A stretch of 64,000 nt of DNA from Syntrophales bacterium (GCA_963668175.1 OY764159.1:3392001-3456000), one strand, 5' to 3'; positions 50,752 through 60,827 are shown, counted from the first letter of the stretch. Made by a program: numbers and translations. Notes: generated from the letters alone by a model not told the origin.

Positions 50752-51966
50752 TCATTGGAGCAGGTATTTGGCGGCCTTCTGCCTTATCTGCTTGAGCGCC
50801 TTGGAAATCGGGCTGTGATTGGCATACCCCAGCAACTTCCCAATTTCAGCCATCTTCGTAATCCCATTCCTCAGACAGATGACCACCCGCCGCTCCTTGG
50901 GGTCAAGGATCGAAATGAAGTCCTCCCACAGCAGATTCTCATGGAGCTCGCTCCATCTCCCGTGAACCGGTACCGTATCGTCCAGCTCGACGAACGACAC
51001 CTTCACCTTCGATCGCTTGCTGTATAGCTTCCTCTCGAAGTCTTCCTTCTCGTTAGACCAGAGGCTCGAAAAATCATCTTCAACCCTGTTGGACTTTATG
51101 GCATCGATGATAGATCTCAGCTTGCCGTCGCGATCAGCCAAGGCGAGCATTTCGTTGGCCACCTCCCAGGCTCCTTCTTCGCCTTCCCACAGAGTGCCAC
51201 CACAACGCGGGGTGTTGGCTTTGACGGACTTCGGGTATTTTCTTCTGAGTTTCTCTAAATCCTTCACATCTTTTTCATTTTCTGGATCCGTCCGGCTGAA
51301 CGCTTTCATTCTTTGCTCAGCTGCCGAATATATGAAAGGGAGCCAGTAATCCAGGTTATGTGATAACGTTACAAGGGGATCATCTTTTGAAAAAGCTCGT
51401 CTTTTAGATGACGAATTTAACAGCGGCCAAATGTAACACGAAAATGCTTTTGACAGCCGGTCCTCGAAATTGGATTTGAGAAAAGGATCCCTTAAATGCT
51501 GATGCATTCCAGGTGGCCATAACGCAGATTTAAAAAGTGGAAGGTTGAATCGGTTCAAGATTTCTTGCGGAAGCAAATGGTACAATGGAACATATGCTTC
51601 ATATCGTGGCATTCCCGTATCGGGGAGAAGATAAATATTCTTATTTCTATATTTCTCAACCCAGGATGACCCTGCAGGAATCTTACATTGAAAGAAATCA
51701 GGCCTCAGATGGCCTGCTTCCCATAACATATTCCATTGGCTAATAAAGACTTCCTTCTCAATTGTCGTATCATGGGTTTCTTTTTCAAAATCTATTGGTA
51801 TATATACGAATTCGGGCTGTTTTTTCTTTGCCGGACACGGAACGAATCTAAAAAAGTGTGCGGCAGACAAATGCCACACACTCGGGAATATCTCAGGATC
51901 AAGCTTATCCCCCTTAGCAATTTCCTCCTGAGCAAACCTGAGGGTATCGACGTCGTACTCCTTCAT
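50752..51966 (-). CDS. Hypothetical protein with a C-terminal sigma-70 region-4-like HTH
   Basis: LDPKERRVVICLRNGITKMAEIGKLLGYANHSPISKALKQIRQK. Confidence 0.65.
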   Translation of the reverse strand: MKEYDVDTLRFAQEEIAKGDKLDPEIFPSVWHLSAAHFFRFVPCPAKKKQPEFVYIPIDFEKETHDTTIEKEVFISQWNMLWEAGHLRPDFFQCKIPAGSSWVEKYRNKNIYLLPDTGMPRYEAYVPLYHLLPQEILNRFNLPLFKSALWPPGMHQHLRDPFLKSNFEDRLSKAFSCYIWPLLNSSSKRRAFSKDDPLVTLSHNLDYWLPFIYSAAEQRMKAFSRTDPENEKDVKDLEKLRRKYPKSVKANTPRCGGTLWEGEEGAWEVANEMLALADRDGKLRSIIDAIKSNRVEDDFSSLWSNEKEDFERKLYSKRSKVKVSFVELDDTVPVHGRWSELHENLLWEDFISILDPKERRVVICLRNGITKMAEIGKLLGYANHSPISKALKQIRQKAAKYLLQ

Positions 51967-52148
51967 AGTGGCTATTTATCACCTCCACTGTTTTCTATAT
52001 ATACGACAATTCCCCTGCATTTTGTTCCAAGAATTTTAATTCTAAATTCATTCCTCTTGATAACTTTCGCCAAATATGCAAGAAAACAGCGGATTAACGA
52101 TATTCGTCTCGATAACGAAAAATCAACTCAACCATTCGAGGGTGATTT

Positions 52149-54887
52149 ATGCCTCTGTCCTGGAATGAGATCAAAGATCGCGCTCTGAAGTTTTCTCACG
52201 AATGGGAACACGAATCCTCAGAAAAAAGTGAAGCCCAGACCTTCTGGAACGAATTTTTCGAGGTCTTTGGTATCCACCGGCGGCGAGTGGCAACTTTCGA
52301 GAAGCCGATCAAGAAATCCGATGGCGCCGGCGGGTTCGTGGATCTGCTATGGAAGGGGATCCTTGTCGCGGAACATAAGTCTCGCGGGAAGGATTTAACC
52401 CGTGCATATAAGCAAGCTACAGACTATTTCCCCGGCATCAAGGAAAATGATTTACCTCGATATATCCTCGTTTCCGATTTTGCCCGTTTTCGCCTTTATG
52501 ACCTTGAGGAAAACAAGCAGCACGAATTCCCGCTCAGAGATTTATATAAGAACGTCCGACGTTTCGGCTTTATCGCAGGTTATCAAACCACGTCCTACAA
52601 GGAACAGGATCCGGTAAATATCGATGCTGCGGAACGGATGGGCAAGCTTCACGACAAGCTGAAAGAGTGCGGATATTGTGGTCACGAACTTGAAGTGTAC
52701 TTGGTTCGTCTGTTGTTCTGCCTTTTCGCCGAAGACACCAGCATATTCGAGCGTCGTCAGTTTCAGGATCTCATTGAACAGCGAACCGCTGAAGATGGGC
52801 AAGACCTTGCCCACTGGCTGGCTGACCTGTTTCAGATACTCGATACCCCGCCTGATAAACGCCTCAAGAAGACTGACGAGCAATTATCGGCTTTTCCTTA
52901 TGTGAACGGCAGTCTGTTTGTGGAACGCCTGTCAATCGCAGCTTTCGATAGTTGTATGCGCCAGCTTCTGCTGGACTGCTGTGTTCTTGATTGGAGCAGG
53001 ATTTCACCGGCCATATTTGGCAGCCTGTTCCAATCCGTTATGGATGAGGGGAAACGACGGAACTTAGGTGCGCATTATACAACAGAGAAGAACATTCTTA
53101 AGCTCATCGGACCTCTATTTCTTGATGAGTTACGAGCCGAATTTGAACGTCTGAAAACCCAGCCTCGGCGCCTCGCTGAGTTTCATCACCGAATTGCTGA
53201 ACTGAAATTTATGGACCCAGCATGTGGCTGTGGGAACTTCCTCGTAATCGCATACAGGGAACTGCGTGAGCTGGAACTTGATATTCTCCGGATTCTGGCT
53301 AAGGGAAAAGATACGCGATCTCTGGAAGTGTCGATGTTTGAGATTTTGTGCGATGTCGACCAGTTCTATGGGATCGAAATAGAGGAATTTCCTGTTCAGA
53401 TAGCTCGCACGGCCTTGTGGCTGATGGACCATCAGATGAACATGAAAGTCTCGGAAGAATTCGGGACGTACTTTGTAAGGTTGCCCCTTCGCAAATCAGC
53501 GACCATCGTGCACGGCAATGCATTGCGCATAGACTGGCGCGAGATCGTTAGGCCGGAAGATCTCAACTATATCCTTGGCAATCCGCCCTTCGGCGGGAAA
53601 CAGTATCAAACAGAAGAACAGAAAGCAGATATGGCATCTGTTTTGAAGGATGTTCCGGGCGCAGGGGTACTGGATTTTGTTTCACCATGGTACCGAAAAG
53701 CGGCGGACTATATGAAGAAAAATCCAGCGATGAAGACTGCCTTTGTTTCCACCAATTCAATTACACAGGGTGAACAAGTCGCTGTATTATGGGCAGATTT
53801 ACTCGGACGAAACGTCAAAATTCATTTTGCACATCGTACCTTTCAGTGGTCAAGTGAAGCACGCGGCAGAGCTGCCGTGCATTGTGTTATCATCGGGTTT
53901 GCCCTGTATGATATTCCGGAAAAACGCCTTTTTGATTATGAGACTTTAAAGGCGGAACCTCATGAAATAAAAGTAAAAAACATTAATCCTTATCTTGTAG
54001 ATACAACGGACATATTGGTTGGAAAACGCCGCAAAACCCTTCAGCCTGTACCACAATTAGTTTTTGGCAGCATGCCGAATGACGGAGGTAATTTGCTCCT
54101 CACCAAAGAAGAGCGATCTAATATGATTAAGAATGCGCCAGCTGTTGCGCTTTATATTAAACGATTCATGGGTAGTGAAGAATTCATCAATGAGCAAGAA
54201 CGATACTGCCTTTGGTTAAAAGGAATCTCTCCAGCCGTCCTGAAGAATTTGCCAGAAGTACTGGAACGAGTCGAGAACGTCAGGAAATGCCGTTTATCGA
54301 GTCGCCGATCAACAACAAACGCGCTTGCTAATATTCCAATGCTTTTTGGAGAGATCAGGCAACCAGAGACTGATTATTTAGCAATTCCGGAAGTATCATC
54401 AGAGCGCCGGCGTTATATTCCAATAGGATTCGTGAGTAAAGATGTTATAGCCAGCAATAAAATTTATACTATGAGAGATTCAACACTATACCACTTCGGT
54501 GTTTTATCATCGGCAATGCACATGGCTTGGACACGAGCCGTATGTGGGAGATTAAAGAGTGATTACCAATATTCCTCAGGAATCGTTTATAATAACTTCC
54601 CATGGCCCGAGTCAGTCTCTGACAGACAAAAGAAGACTATCGAAGTTGCGGCGCAACTTGTCCTTGCCACGCGGGCAAAATATCCGGATTCGTCTCTAGC
54701 CGACCTTTATGATCCCCTAGCTACACCAATTGATTTAACCAAGGCTCATAACAAGCTTGATGACGCCGTAGATGAAGCCTATACGAAGCGGAGGTTTGCC
54801 GGAGACAGGGAGCGAGTGGCGTTTTTACTCGATCTCTACCAACAGACCACAAGCTCTCTGCTTTCCATGAAGCTAAAGCGCCGGTAA
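52149..54887 (+). CDS. Type IIL restriction-modification enzyme, MmeI family (nuclease + N6-adenine MTase + TRD)
   Basis: FVDLLWKG...EHKS (PD-ExK), GAHYT, DPACGCGNF (motif I), NPPF (motif IV), YNNFPWP, SLADLYDP. Confidence 0.92.
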   Translation: MPLSWNEIKDRALKFSHEWEHESSEKSEAQTFWNEFFEVFGIHRRRVATFEKPIKKSDGAGGFVDLLWKGILVAEHKSRGKDLTRAYKQATDYFPGIKENDLPRYILVSDFARFRLYDLEENKQHEFPLRDLYKNVRRFGFIAGYQTTSYKEQDPVNIDAAERMGKLHDKLKECGYCGHELEVYLVRLLFCLFAEDTSIFERRQFQDLIEQRTAEDGQDLAHWLADLFQILDTPPDKRLKKTDEQLSAFPYVNGSLFVERLSIAAFDSCMRQLLLDCCVLDWSRISPAIFGSLFQSVMDEGKRRNLGAHYTTEKNILKLIGPLFLDELRAEFERLKTQPRRLAEFHHRIAELKFMDPACGCGNFLVIAYRELRELELDILRILAKGKDTRSLEVSMFEILCDVDQFYGIEIEEFPVQIARTALWLMDHQMNMKVSEEFGTYFVRLPLRKSATIVHGNALRIDWREIVRPEDLNYILGNPPFGGKQYQTEEQKADMASVLKDVPGAGVLDFVSPWYRKAADYMKKNPAMKTAFVSTNSITQGEQVAVLWADLLGRNVKIHFAHRTFQWSSEARGRAAVHCVIIGFALYDIPEKRLFDYETLKAEPHEIKVKNINPYLVDTTDILVGKRRKTLQPVPQLVFGSMPNDGGNLLLTKEERSNMIKNAPAVALYIKRFMGSEEFINEQERYCLWLKGISPAVLKNLPEVLERVENVRKCRLSSRRSTTNALANIPMLFGEIRQPETDYLAIPEVSSERRRYIPIGFVSKDVIASNKIYTMRDSTLYHFGVLSSAMHMAWTRAVCGRLKSDYQYSSGIVYNNFPWPESVSDRQKKTIEVAAQLVLATRAKYPDSSLADLYDPLATPIDLTKAHNKLDDAVDEAYTKRRFAGDRERVAFLLDLYQQTTSSLLSMKLKRR

Positions 54888-54910
54888 TTTTTAAAATACC
54901 TGAAAATTTC

Positions 54911-54937
54911 TTGACTTTTTCTGAGCCAGCCTATAAT
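54911..54937 (+). promoter_or_regulatory. Putative sigma-70 promoter
   Basis: TTGACT...TATAAT, but the spacer is only 15 nt. Confidence 0.45.
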
Positions 54938-55009
54938 CCTCACACATTCGTAATATTATCTCTATCAACATCCGGACCCTTGAAAGGGGAACTATGGCGT
55001 TGATTCAAA

Positions 55010-55060
55010 AGACCCCGTAATCGAAAGAAAGTGGGGTTTTGTGTTTTAGGCCGAGCTGAA
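55010..55060 (+). repeat. Hairpin repeat C, copy 1 (GAAA-loop, terminator-like)
   Basis: AGACCCCGTAATCGAAAGAAAGTGGGGTTTTGTGTTTT; 43/51 identical to 55840-55890. Confidence 0.8.
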
Positions 55061-55097
55061 ATGTTGAACAAAAAGCGGGGGCATAAAAGGGGAGGAT

Positions 55098-55841
55098 ATG
55101 GCTCTTCAAAAATGTCACGAATGCGGAAAAGACGTAAGTTCAGAAGCGGCAACCTGTCCAAACTGCGGCGTCAAAGTTGTTAAGAAAGGCTATAATAAGT
55201 CTGTTGGGTGCATCATTGTTATCGCTGCAATGGTCGTCGTTTCCATGATGATCGGAGTGGTCAGTCAATGCTCTGAAGAAAGAAACCGGGCCGCCGTCAA
55301 TCAGGACTCTGTGAAAAAAGCCACCGAAGCACGGGAAAAACGGAAGGCCGAGTTTCTCGCCAATACTGAGAAATATTACCAGGATCTCGTCGCCGCTCAA
55401 GAAAGCAAGAATTATCCTAAAGCCAATAACGTCTTATCATTATTCAGAATGTACAAAAAAACCGACTTTAAGGACATTGTGGACCGGGGAAAAATCATAG
55501 ATGCCGAAATGGGGAAAGTTGCGGCGGAGCAAGAGAGGATAAAAGAAGAAAAGGCCAAGAATGCGGCCATTGTCCTTAAAGCGAACATGCAATCGCAACG
55601 CGAACAGATGGCAGATAGAATGGAAACCAATCTTCTCAGCCAAGGCATGGACGTTAGAATCAAGCTCAGCGGCCCGGGAAAAACGGTCATGAAAATGACC
55701 TACGTTCTCATGTCGAGGCCCCTAGTATATAAGCTGACGAACGAATCCGACTTCCTCGACAATCTTAAGAAGGCAGGATTCAAAAAGGTTATTTTTCACG
55801 ACGGCTATAATTATTCTTGGACTTACGATCTGAAAAAATAG
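55098..55841 (+). CDS. Zinc-ribbon membrane-anchored protein
   Basis: CHECG...CPNCG zinc ribbon, one TM, coiled region; GGAGG RBS. Confidence 0.8.
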   Translation: MALQKCHECGKDVSSEAATCPNCGVKVVKKGYNKSVGCIIVIAAMVVVSMMIGVVSQCSEERNRAAVNQDSVKKATEAREKRKAEFLANTEKYYQDLVAAQESKNYPKANNVLSLFRMYKKTDFKDIVDRGKIIDAEMGKVAAEQERIKEEKAKNAAIVLKANMQSQREQMADRMETNLLSQGMDVRIKLSGPGKTVMKMTYVLMSRPLVYKLTNESDFLDNLKKAGFKKVIFHDGYNYSWTYDLKK

Positions 55842-55890
55842 ACCCCGTAATCGAAAGAATGCGGGGTCTTGCGTTTTTGGCCGTGTTAAA
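55840..55890 (+). repeat. Hairpin repeat C, copy 2
   Basis: AGACCCCGTAATCGAAAGAATGCGGGGTCTTGCGTTTTT, overlapping the stop of the zinc-ribbon gene. Confidence 0.8.
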
Positions 55891-55971
55891 TCTTAGGACT
55901 TATAAAAAAAAGGGGGGCCATGAAAAAGTTTTTCTTTGCAGTTGTCTTCTCAATTCATGTTGACTACAGAT

Positions 55972-56817
55972 ATGAGTACAACTCTCATGAATGCGAGTGA
56001 TCCTTGCGAGGAGAATCACCGCGCGCGATCAAGCTTCGTACGGGGACTTGTGCAACGTTCCGGTGGCCCCGCCGTCGCATCCTCCGTATTCGCCACGAAG
56101 ATCCCAAAGAGGATTATACAGTTTTGGGATGATCTGGATCGACTGCCTGGAGATGTGGGTGAGTGCATTGAGACATGGAGGAAGATAGAAGAACAGGGTG
56201 TTGAGAGAATACTTTTCGACAAACGCCAGGCAAGAGATTTTATTTGGCGAAGACTCGGTGCACGATACAAACGGGCCTATGACAAGTGCTATCATCCGGC
56301 AATGCAGTCAGACTACTTTCGACTCTGTTATATTCTCGTGGAGGGTGGTTGCTACATAGACGCTGACGATATTTACAATGGTTCTCAAATCCAACACCTA
56401 TTCAGCGATGGTCGATTAAAAATTCAACCTCTATGCTATGACATGGCGACGAATATGATGGTGCCAACATCACTTTTTACTAAACCAGGAGCAAACGCCG
56501 TGAGTTGGATTTTCTATTTTAACAACAATCCGCTAATTGCTGGCGACGGGCACCCCCTAATTGAGCGCGCACTTACTCAAGCCACCTTATCCCTTGAGGA
56601 GGATATGACTAACGGCTTGCCAGAAATCCAATCGACAACTGGTCCCGGAAATCTTACCAAATCGATATTTGACGCTGTGACTGAGAGCGTCGAGATCGAA
56701 CAAACCCTGCTTGTGCTGTGCGATTGGGAAAACGTTGCGGAAAGCAGGTGGGATCTCAGCTATAGGAACGACCCAAGGAACTGGAGACTTTCAAACTGCC
56801 GAGGTTATCAAGAATGA
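55972..56817 (+). CDS. Glycosyltransferase, GT32 / DXD sugar-binding (OCH1/TcdA-catalytic-like)
   Basis: IPKRIIQFW, QSDYFRLC...GGCYIDADD, TGPG; start uncertain (55957, 55972 or 55987). Confidence 0.82.
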   Translation: MSTTLMNASDPCEENHRARSSFVRGLVQRSGGPAVASSVFATKIPKRIIQFWDDLDRLPGDVGECIETWRKIEEQGVERILFDKRQARDFIWRRLGARYKRAYDKCYHPAMQSDYFRLCYILVEGGCYIDADDIYNGSQIQHLFSDGRLKIQPLCYDMATNMMVPTSLFTKPGANAVSWIFYFNNNPLIAGDGHPLIERALTQATLSLEEDMTNGLPEIQSTTGPGNLTKSIFDAVTESVEIEQTLLVLCDWENVAESRWDLSYRNDPRNWRLSNCRGYQE

Positions 56818-56845
56818 TATGCCAGGAACATGTGGAGGGGGATGA

Positions 56846-59032
56846 ATGAATCTCACCTCCCCCTGGAACGCACCTTCGAAGTTCTTGTTTCGCCTTGCGA
56901 TGAAATGTCGGAGGTTGCTACCGAGAAAAAAATGTCAAGCATTTGGACTCTTGAATAAACAAGAGCGTCCGAGGATAGGGCGCATTTACGTCATCAATCT
57001 GGATCGCCAACCAGTTCGATGGGCCGAGATGGAACAGGAACTCAGACGCGTGTTGGATTGGTCTGGAGTTGAACTTTGGAATCTTACTGAGCGATATCCT
57101 GCTGTCGATGCTAATCACTTCTTACAAGAACCGCTAAAAGATGCCGACATTGATCCAATTTATACACTCGGAGATCAGCTCTACGTAGAGCCCCAACCAC
57201 TAGCGCTACCCACTCGGATAGAACTCAATTCTCCGATCCAAATGAGTCGACCTGAGATTGCAATTGCTCGCTCACACATCGACGTCTGGCGACAGGTCGC
57301 GGAGAGTAATCATGAGTACGTACTCATTCTTGAAGACGACGTGTGGTTTCGATCCGGGTTTGCCCAACATATGAACCAAGCATGGGCCGAAATAGAAACC
57401 GAAGGCAATAAGAAAGGCATTTTCGACATTCTCTATCTGTCCTATGAAGAGGTGAAGCACGGTGCCCCGAAGACCTTCCTTTCAAGCAATGTGTTCCGCC
57501 CAGTACGTGGGCTCTGGTTTCTGTCTGGATACGTTGTATCGCGCGAAGGTGCTGCGAAGCTTCTTCGACTCCTTCCTTGTCGAGGACCTGTGGATCTGTG
57601 GATAAATCACCAGTTCGGATTTCTGGATGTACGGGCGATTAGACGGCCTATCATCAACCAGCGACGCGATATTAGCTCCACTAACTCATATTCAATACTT
57701 CCCACGCTCACGAAAATCGGCGCTATCACCAGTGAAGGTGCATCCTTGTTTCATGTTCGCCCGAGTGAACGCCCTGTGTTTGCATTTGGGCCTATAGGTT
57801 CTGGCCTTTCATCACTGGCAATGGCTCTGTCCATGCTCGGATACAGATGCTGCAGCGATCTCCAAGCGCTCCCAGGTCCTGAACTTGAAATGCTCCTTGC
57901 AGGAGGCGGTGATCGAGTTTTTGACGCATATGTGAACATCAAGTCTTTGGCGGATGAAGCCCGTGCCCTTATAGAGCATTATCCTCAGGCAAAATTCATT
58001 ATCACCGCTAGCAAAACTGGAATTGCAGGTGATAATGATTTAAGAATTCTAGATGATATCAATGGAGCTGATATTGCCTTTCTTCATGTAGAAGCATCCA
58101 ACAAATGGCAGGTCGTTTGCGAACACCTCAGATGCGCACCGCCCGCTTGTTCCTTCCCTGAGTTAGCCGACCTTGGACAAAGACAGCTCCTCTGCGGAAC
58201 CATTGAAGCGGACTCAGTCCTGAGCTGCGAGACTCCTAAACGTGATATGTCGCCATGGGTTGTTGAGCCACGTCAGTGGTGGCAAGGCATTCATTCAACC
58301 CCGATAGAAAGGGGATCATCGATCGTCAAAACTCCCGTTAGAGTCAGCGACTGTCTGGAAATTCTCGACGCAAGACGTTGGTTTCCACGAGACGATACCT
58401 TCTCCGGCAACCTGGCGTTGTTTCGTCCCTCAAATATTGAGTTCCGGTCTGGTCTCGGGGCTGCGCTCAGTATCAAAAGGGAATCCCTGGGTGTTCGAGA
58501 ATATAGCGCTGCATCGTTAACCAGTCATGACCGATACTTATTCGGACGATTTGAGGCAATCATTAAGGCGTCGAACGTGCCTGGTGTGGTTACCGGATTT
58601 TTTCTCCATCGCGATTCACCGAGGCAGGAAATTGATATCGAAATTGCGGGAAATAGAACGGATCGTCTCTTGGTCAATGTCTTTTACAATCCTGGCGGCG
58701 AGGGCGCGAAGTTTGACTACGGATATAGAGGTGCAGCAAGTTATATCAACCTTGGTTTTGACGCATCAGAATCCGACCATCGGTTCGCAATTGAATGGAA
58801 GCCGAGCGAGATTCTATGGTTCGTTGACAATCGCCTAGTTCATAGGCGCGCTGAGTGGGAACCCACGCCGATTCCTCACCTCCCGATGGCCCTCCATGTA
58901 AACGCTTGGCCATCTCGCTCCAAAGAGCTTGCCGGTCGTCTAACCAACCGACGACTCCCAACCGCAACTTTCATAAGATCAATTGCACTGAAAGCAAACT
59001 TAGTTGACGGCAATGGCGTAGCTGTATCTTAA
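56846..59032 (+). CDS. Fusion protein: GT25 glycosyltransferase + P-loop sulfotransferase/kinase-like domain + GH16 glycoside hydrolase
   Basis: IYVINLDRQPVRW, SH...W, LILEDD (GT25); FGPIGSGLSSLAMALSMLGYR...YPQAKFI...WQVVCEHL (sulfotransferase-like); GVVTGFF...QEIDIE (GH16). Confidence 0.8.
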   Translation: MNLTSPWNAPSKFLFRLAMKCRRLLPRKKCQAFGLLNKQERPRIGRIYVINLDRQPVRWAEMEQELRRVLDWSGVELWNLTERYPAVDANHFLQEPLKDADIDPIYTLGDQLYVEPQPLALPTRIELNSPIQMSRPEIAIARSHIDVWRQVAESNHEYVLILEDDVWFRSGFAQHMNQAWAEIETEGNKKGIFDILYLSYEEVKHGAPKTFLSSNVFRPVRGLWFLSGYVVSREGAAKLLRLLPCRGPVDLWINHQFGFLDVRAIRRPIINQRRDISSTNSYSILPTLTKIGAITSEGASLFHVRPSERPVFAFGPIGSGLSSLAMALSMLGYRCCSDLQALPGPELEMLLAGGGDRVFDAYVNIKSLADEARALIEHYPQAKFIITASKTGIAGDNDLRILDDINGADIAFLHVEASNKWQVVCEHLRCAPPACSFPELADLGQRQLLCGTIEADSVLSCETPKRDMSPWVVEPRQWWQGIHSTPIERGSSIVKTPVRVSDCLEILDARRWFPRDDTFSGNLALFRPSNIEFRSGLGAALSIKRESLGVREYSAASLTSHDRYLFGRFEAIIKASNVPGVVTGFFLHRDSPRQEIDIEIAGNRTDRLLVNVFYNPGGEGAKFDYGYRGAASYINLGFDASESDHRFAIEWKPSEILWFVDNRLVHRRAEWEPTPIPHLPMALHVNAWPSRSKELAGRLTNRRLPTATFIRSIALKANLVDGNGVAVS

Positions 59033-59131
59033 CATCGTGCTCGCTGGAATCTGCTAGATTACGCTGATCGCTTTGCATATAGTTTTTGTGACATAAACTA
59101 TGAAAACCACCAACTGGAGGTCACTAGCATC

Positions 59132-60796
59132 ATGAATATTCTGTCCTATAACCCCGGTCATGATGGTGCGATTGCTTGTCTGGGAGACGCGCAATTGGTG
59201 GTTTCGATTGAATCGGAGAAGAACTCGAATTACCGATACTCCCCTGTATCAAGTCATGACGTGTTCAACGTTCTTGGCGAACTTGACGAAATGCCCGACG
59301 TTATTTGTACCGGCGGTTGGTGGCCACGCGAAGAGCACTTACTCGGGTCGCATGCTCATGTCGGGTACCGTGGTGTGATGAGGAGCGACATCATAATAGA
59401 CAAACGGCGCCTATTAGGAAGACCAGTCCACTATTTCTCTTCTTCTCACGAGCGGTCGCACATACTTTGTGCTTTCGGCATGTCAAGTCTACCGAAAGGC
59501 ACTCCATGCTACGCGTTGGTATGGGAAGGCGCGATCGGCGCTTTCTACGAGATTGATTCTGAGCTGAACATAATGATGCTTGCCGATGTCCTGAATGAAC
59601 CGGGGAATCGCTTTACCTCGATCTACGGCTTGGCCGACCCAACCTTTCCGAAGAATGCGCCCTTTTCTCGCTTCTCAGATGCTGGGAAGCTCATGGCCTT
59701 GGCTTCGTTTTCAAATCGCAGCACCCCTTCAGCAGAAGAGGAAAAGCTGATGGACTTTCTATTGGGCTCCCCACATGTCCAATTGAGTTTGTACGAAGAT
59801 CTTGAGCATTCACGATACTACAACGTGGGGGTGGATGATCCAGAATTTCGCAACTTCGCAGGTATTTTTAGCGACAAGATATTTGATATCTTCTATCAAT
59901 TCGCGAAGGTGAATGTGAAGAAAGGCTTGCCATTACTCATCGCAGGCGGATGTGGTCTAAATTGCGACTGGAATAGTAAGTGGAAGGACTCGGGCCTTTT
60001 TCCCGAAGTCTTCGTGCCACCTGTTGCAAATGATTCAGGTTCTGCGATCGGGACAGCGATTGACGCCCAGTTCCACTATACTGGGGACCCAAAAATTGAT
60101 TGGAATGTATATTCAGGCCTTTGCTTCGACACGACTGGATCTTTCGATATGGCGCGGTATGATCTCTACGAGGCTGATGATGAAATGATTGCCGACATGT
60201 TGGCCAATGATCTCATCCTGGGATGGGTGAGCGGCAAATATGAAATCGGTCCGCGGGCTTTGGGCAACCGTTCAATTCTTGCCGCACCGTTCCGAGAGAG
60301 CACGAGAACGTGGTTGAACGAAATCAAGCAACGCGAGCAATTCCGTCCGATTGCTCCTGTTTGCTTGGAAGAAGAGGCTGCGCAGTGGTTTGGCTGCGAC
60401 CACACGAGTCCGCATATGCTTTATACGTATAGTGCAAAAACGGATGCGCTAGCGGCTGTTACTCACGTGAATAAGACTGCCCGCATTCAGACGGTGTCAT
60501 CTGCATCCAACCGAAGCTTGTACAACCTGCTCATCGCATTCAAGGCGCGTACTGGTTACGGTGTCTTGTGCAATACCTCGCTGAATTTCAAAGGTAGAGG
60601 ATTTATTAACAAGATAGATGATCTTTCAACATATGTCATAAAGCATAATTTGGATGGCTTTGTGGTTGAAGGGCGAAGCTATATTTTGAAGTCGTCGAGG
60701 AGTTATCAGGCATACTTGAAGATTCGGTCGAGTAGCGCGCTGAATAGACAAGTGGCAGGGTATCGCATGTTTCCATTGGCAATGAACAAACTTTAA
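59132..60796 (+). CDS. O-carbamoyltransferase, NodU/CmcH family
   Basis: PGHDG, SHERSH, AGKLMALA, AGGCGLNC, NDSGSAIG, EIGPRALGNRS, IKQREQFRP, ARIQTV, NTSLN. Confidence 0.9.
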   Translation: MNILSYNPGHDGAIACLGDAQLVVSIESEKNSNYRYSPVSSHDVFNVLGELDEMPDVICTGGWWPREEHLLGSHAHVGYRGVMRSDIIIDKRRLLGRPVHYFSSSHERSHILCAFGMSSLPKGTPCYALVWEGAIGAFYEIDSELNIMMLADVLNEPGNRFTSIYGLADPTFPKNAPFSRFSDAGKLMALASFSNRSTPSAEEEKLMDFLLGSPHVQLSLYEDLEHSRYYNVGVDDPEFRNFAGIFSDKIFDIFYQFAKVNVKKGLPLLIAGGCGLNCDWNSKWKDSGLFPEVFVPPVANDSGSAIGTAIDAQFHYTGDPKIDWNVYSGLCFDTTGSFDMARYDLYEADDEMIADMLANDLILGWVSGKYEIGPRALGNRSILAAPFRESTRTWLNEIKQREQFRPIAPVCLEEEAAQWFGCDHTSPHMLYTYSAKTDALAAVTHVNKTARIQTVSSASNRSLYNLLIAFKARTGYGVLCNTSLNFKGRGFINKIDDLSTYVIKHNLDGFVVEGRSYILKSSRSYQAYLKIRSSSALNRQVAGYRMFPLAMNKL

Positions 60797-60827
60797 ACAC
60801 GTTGATTCTCTTTAGTTGAAAGTGTTA

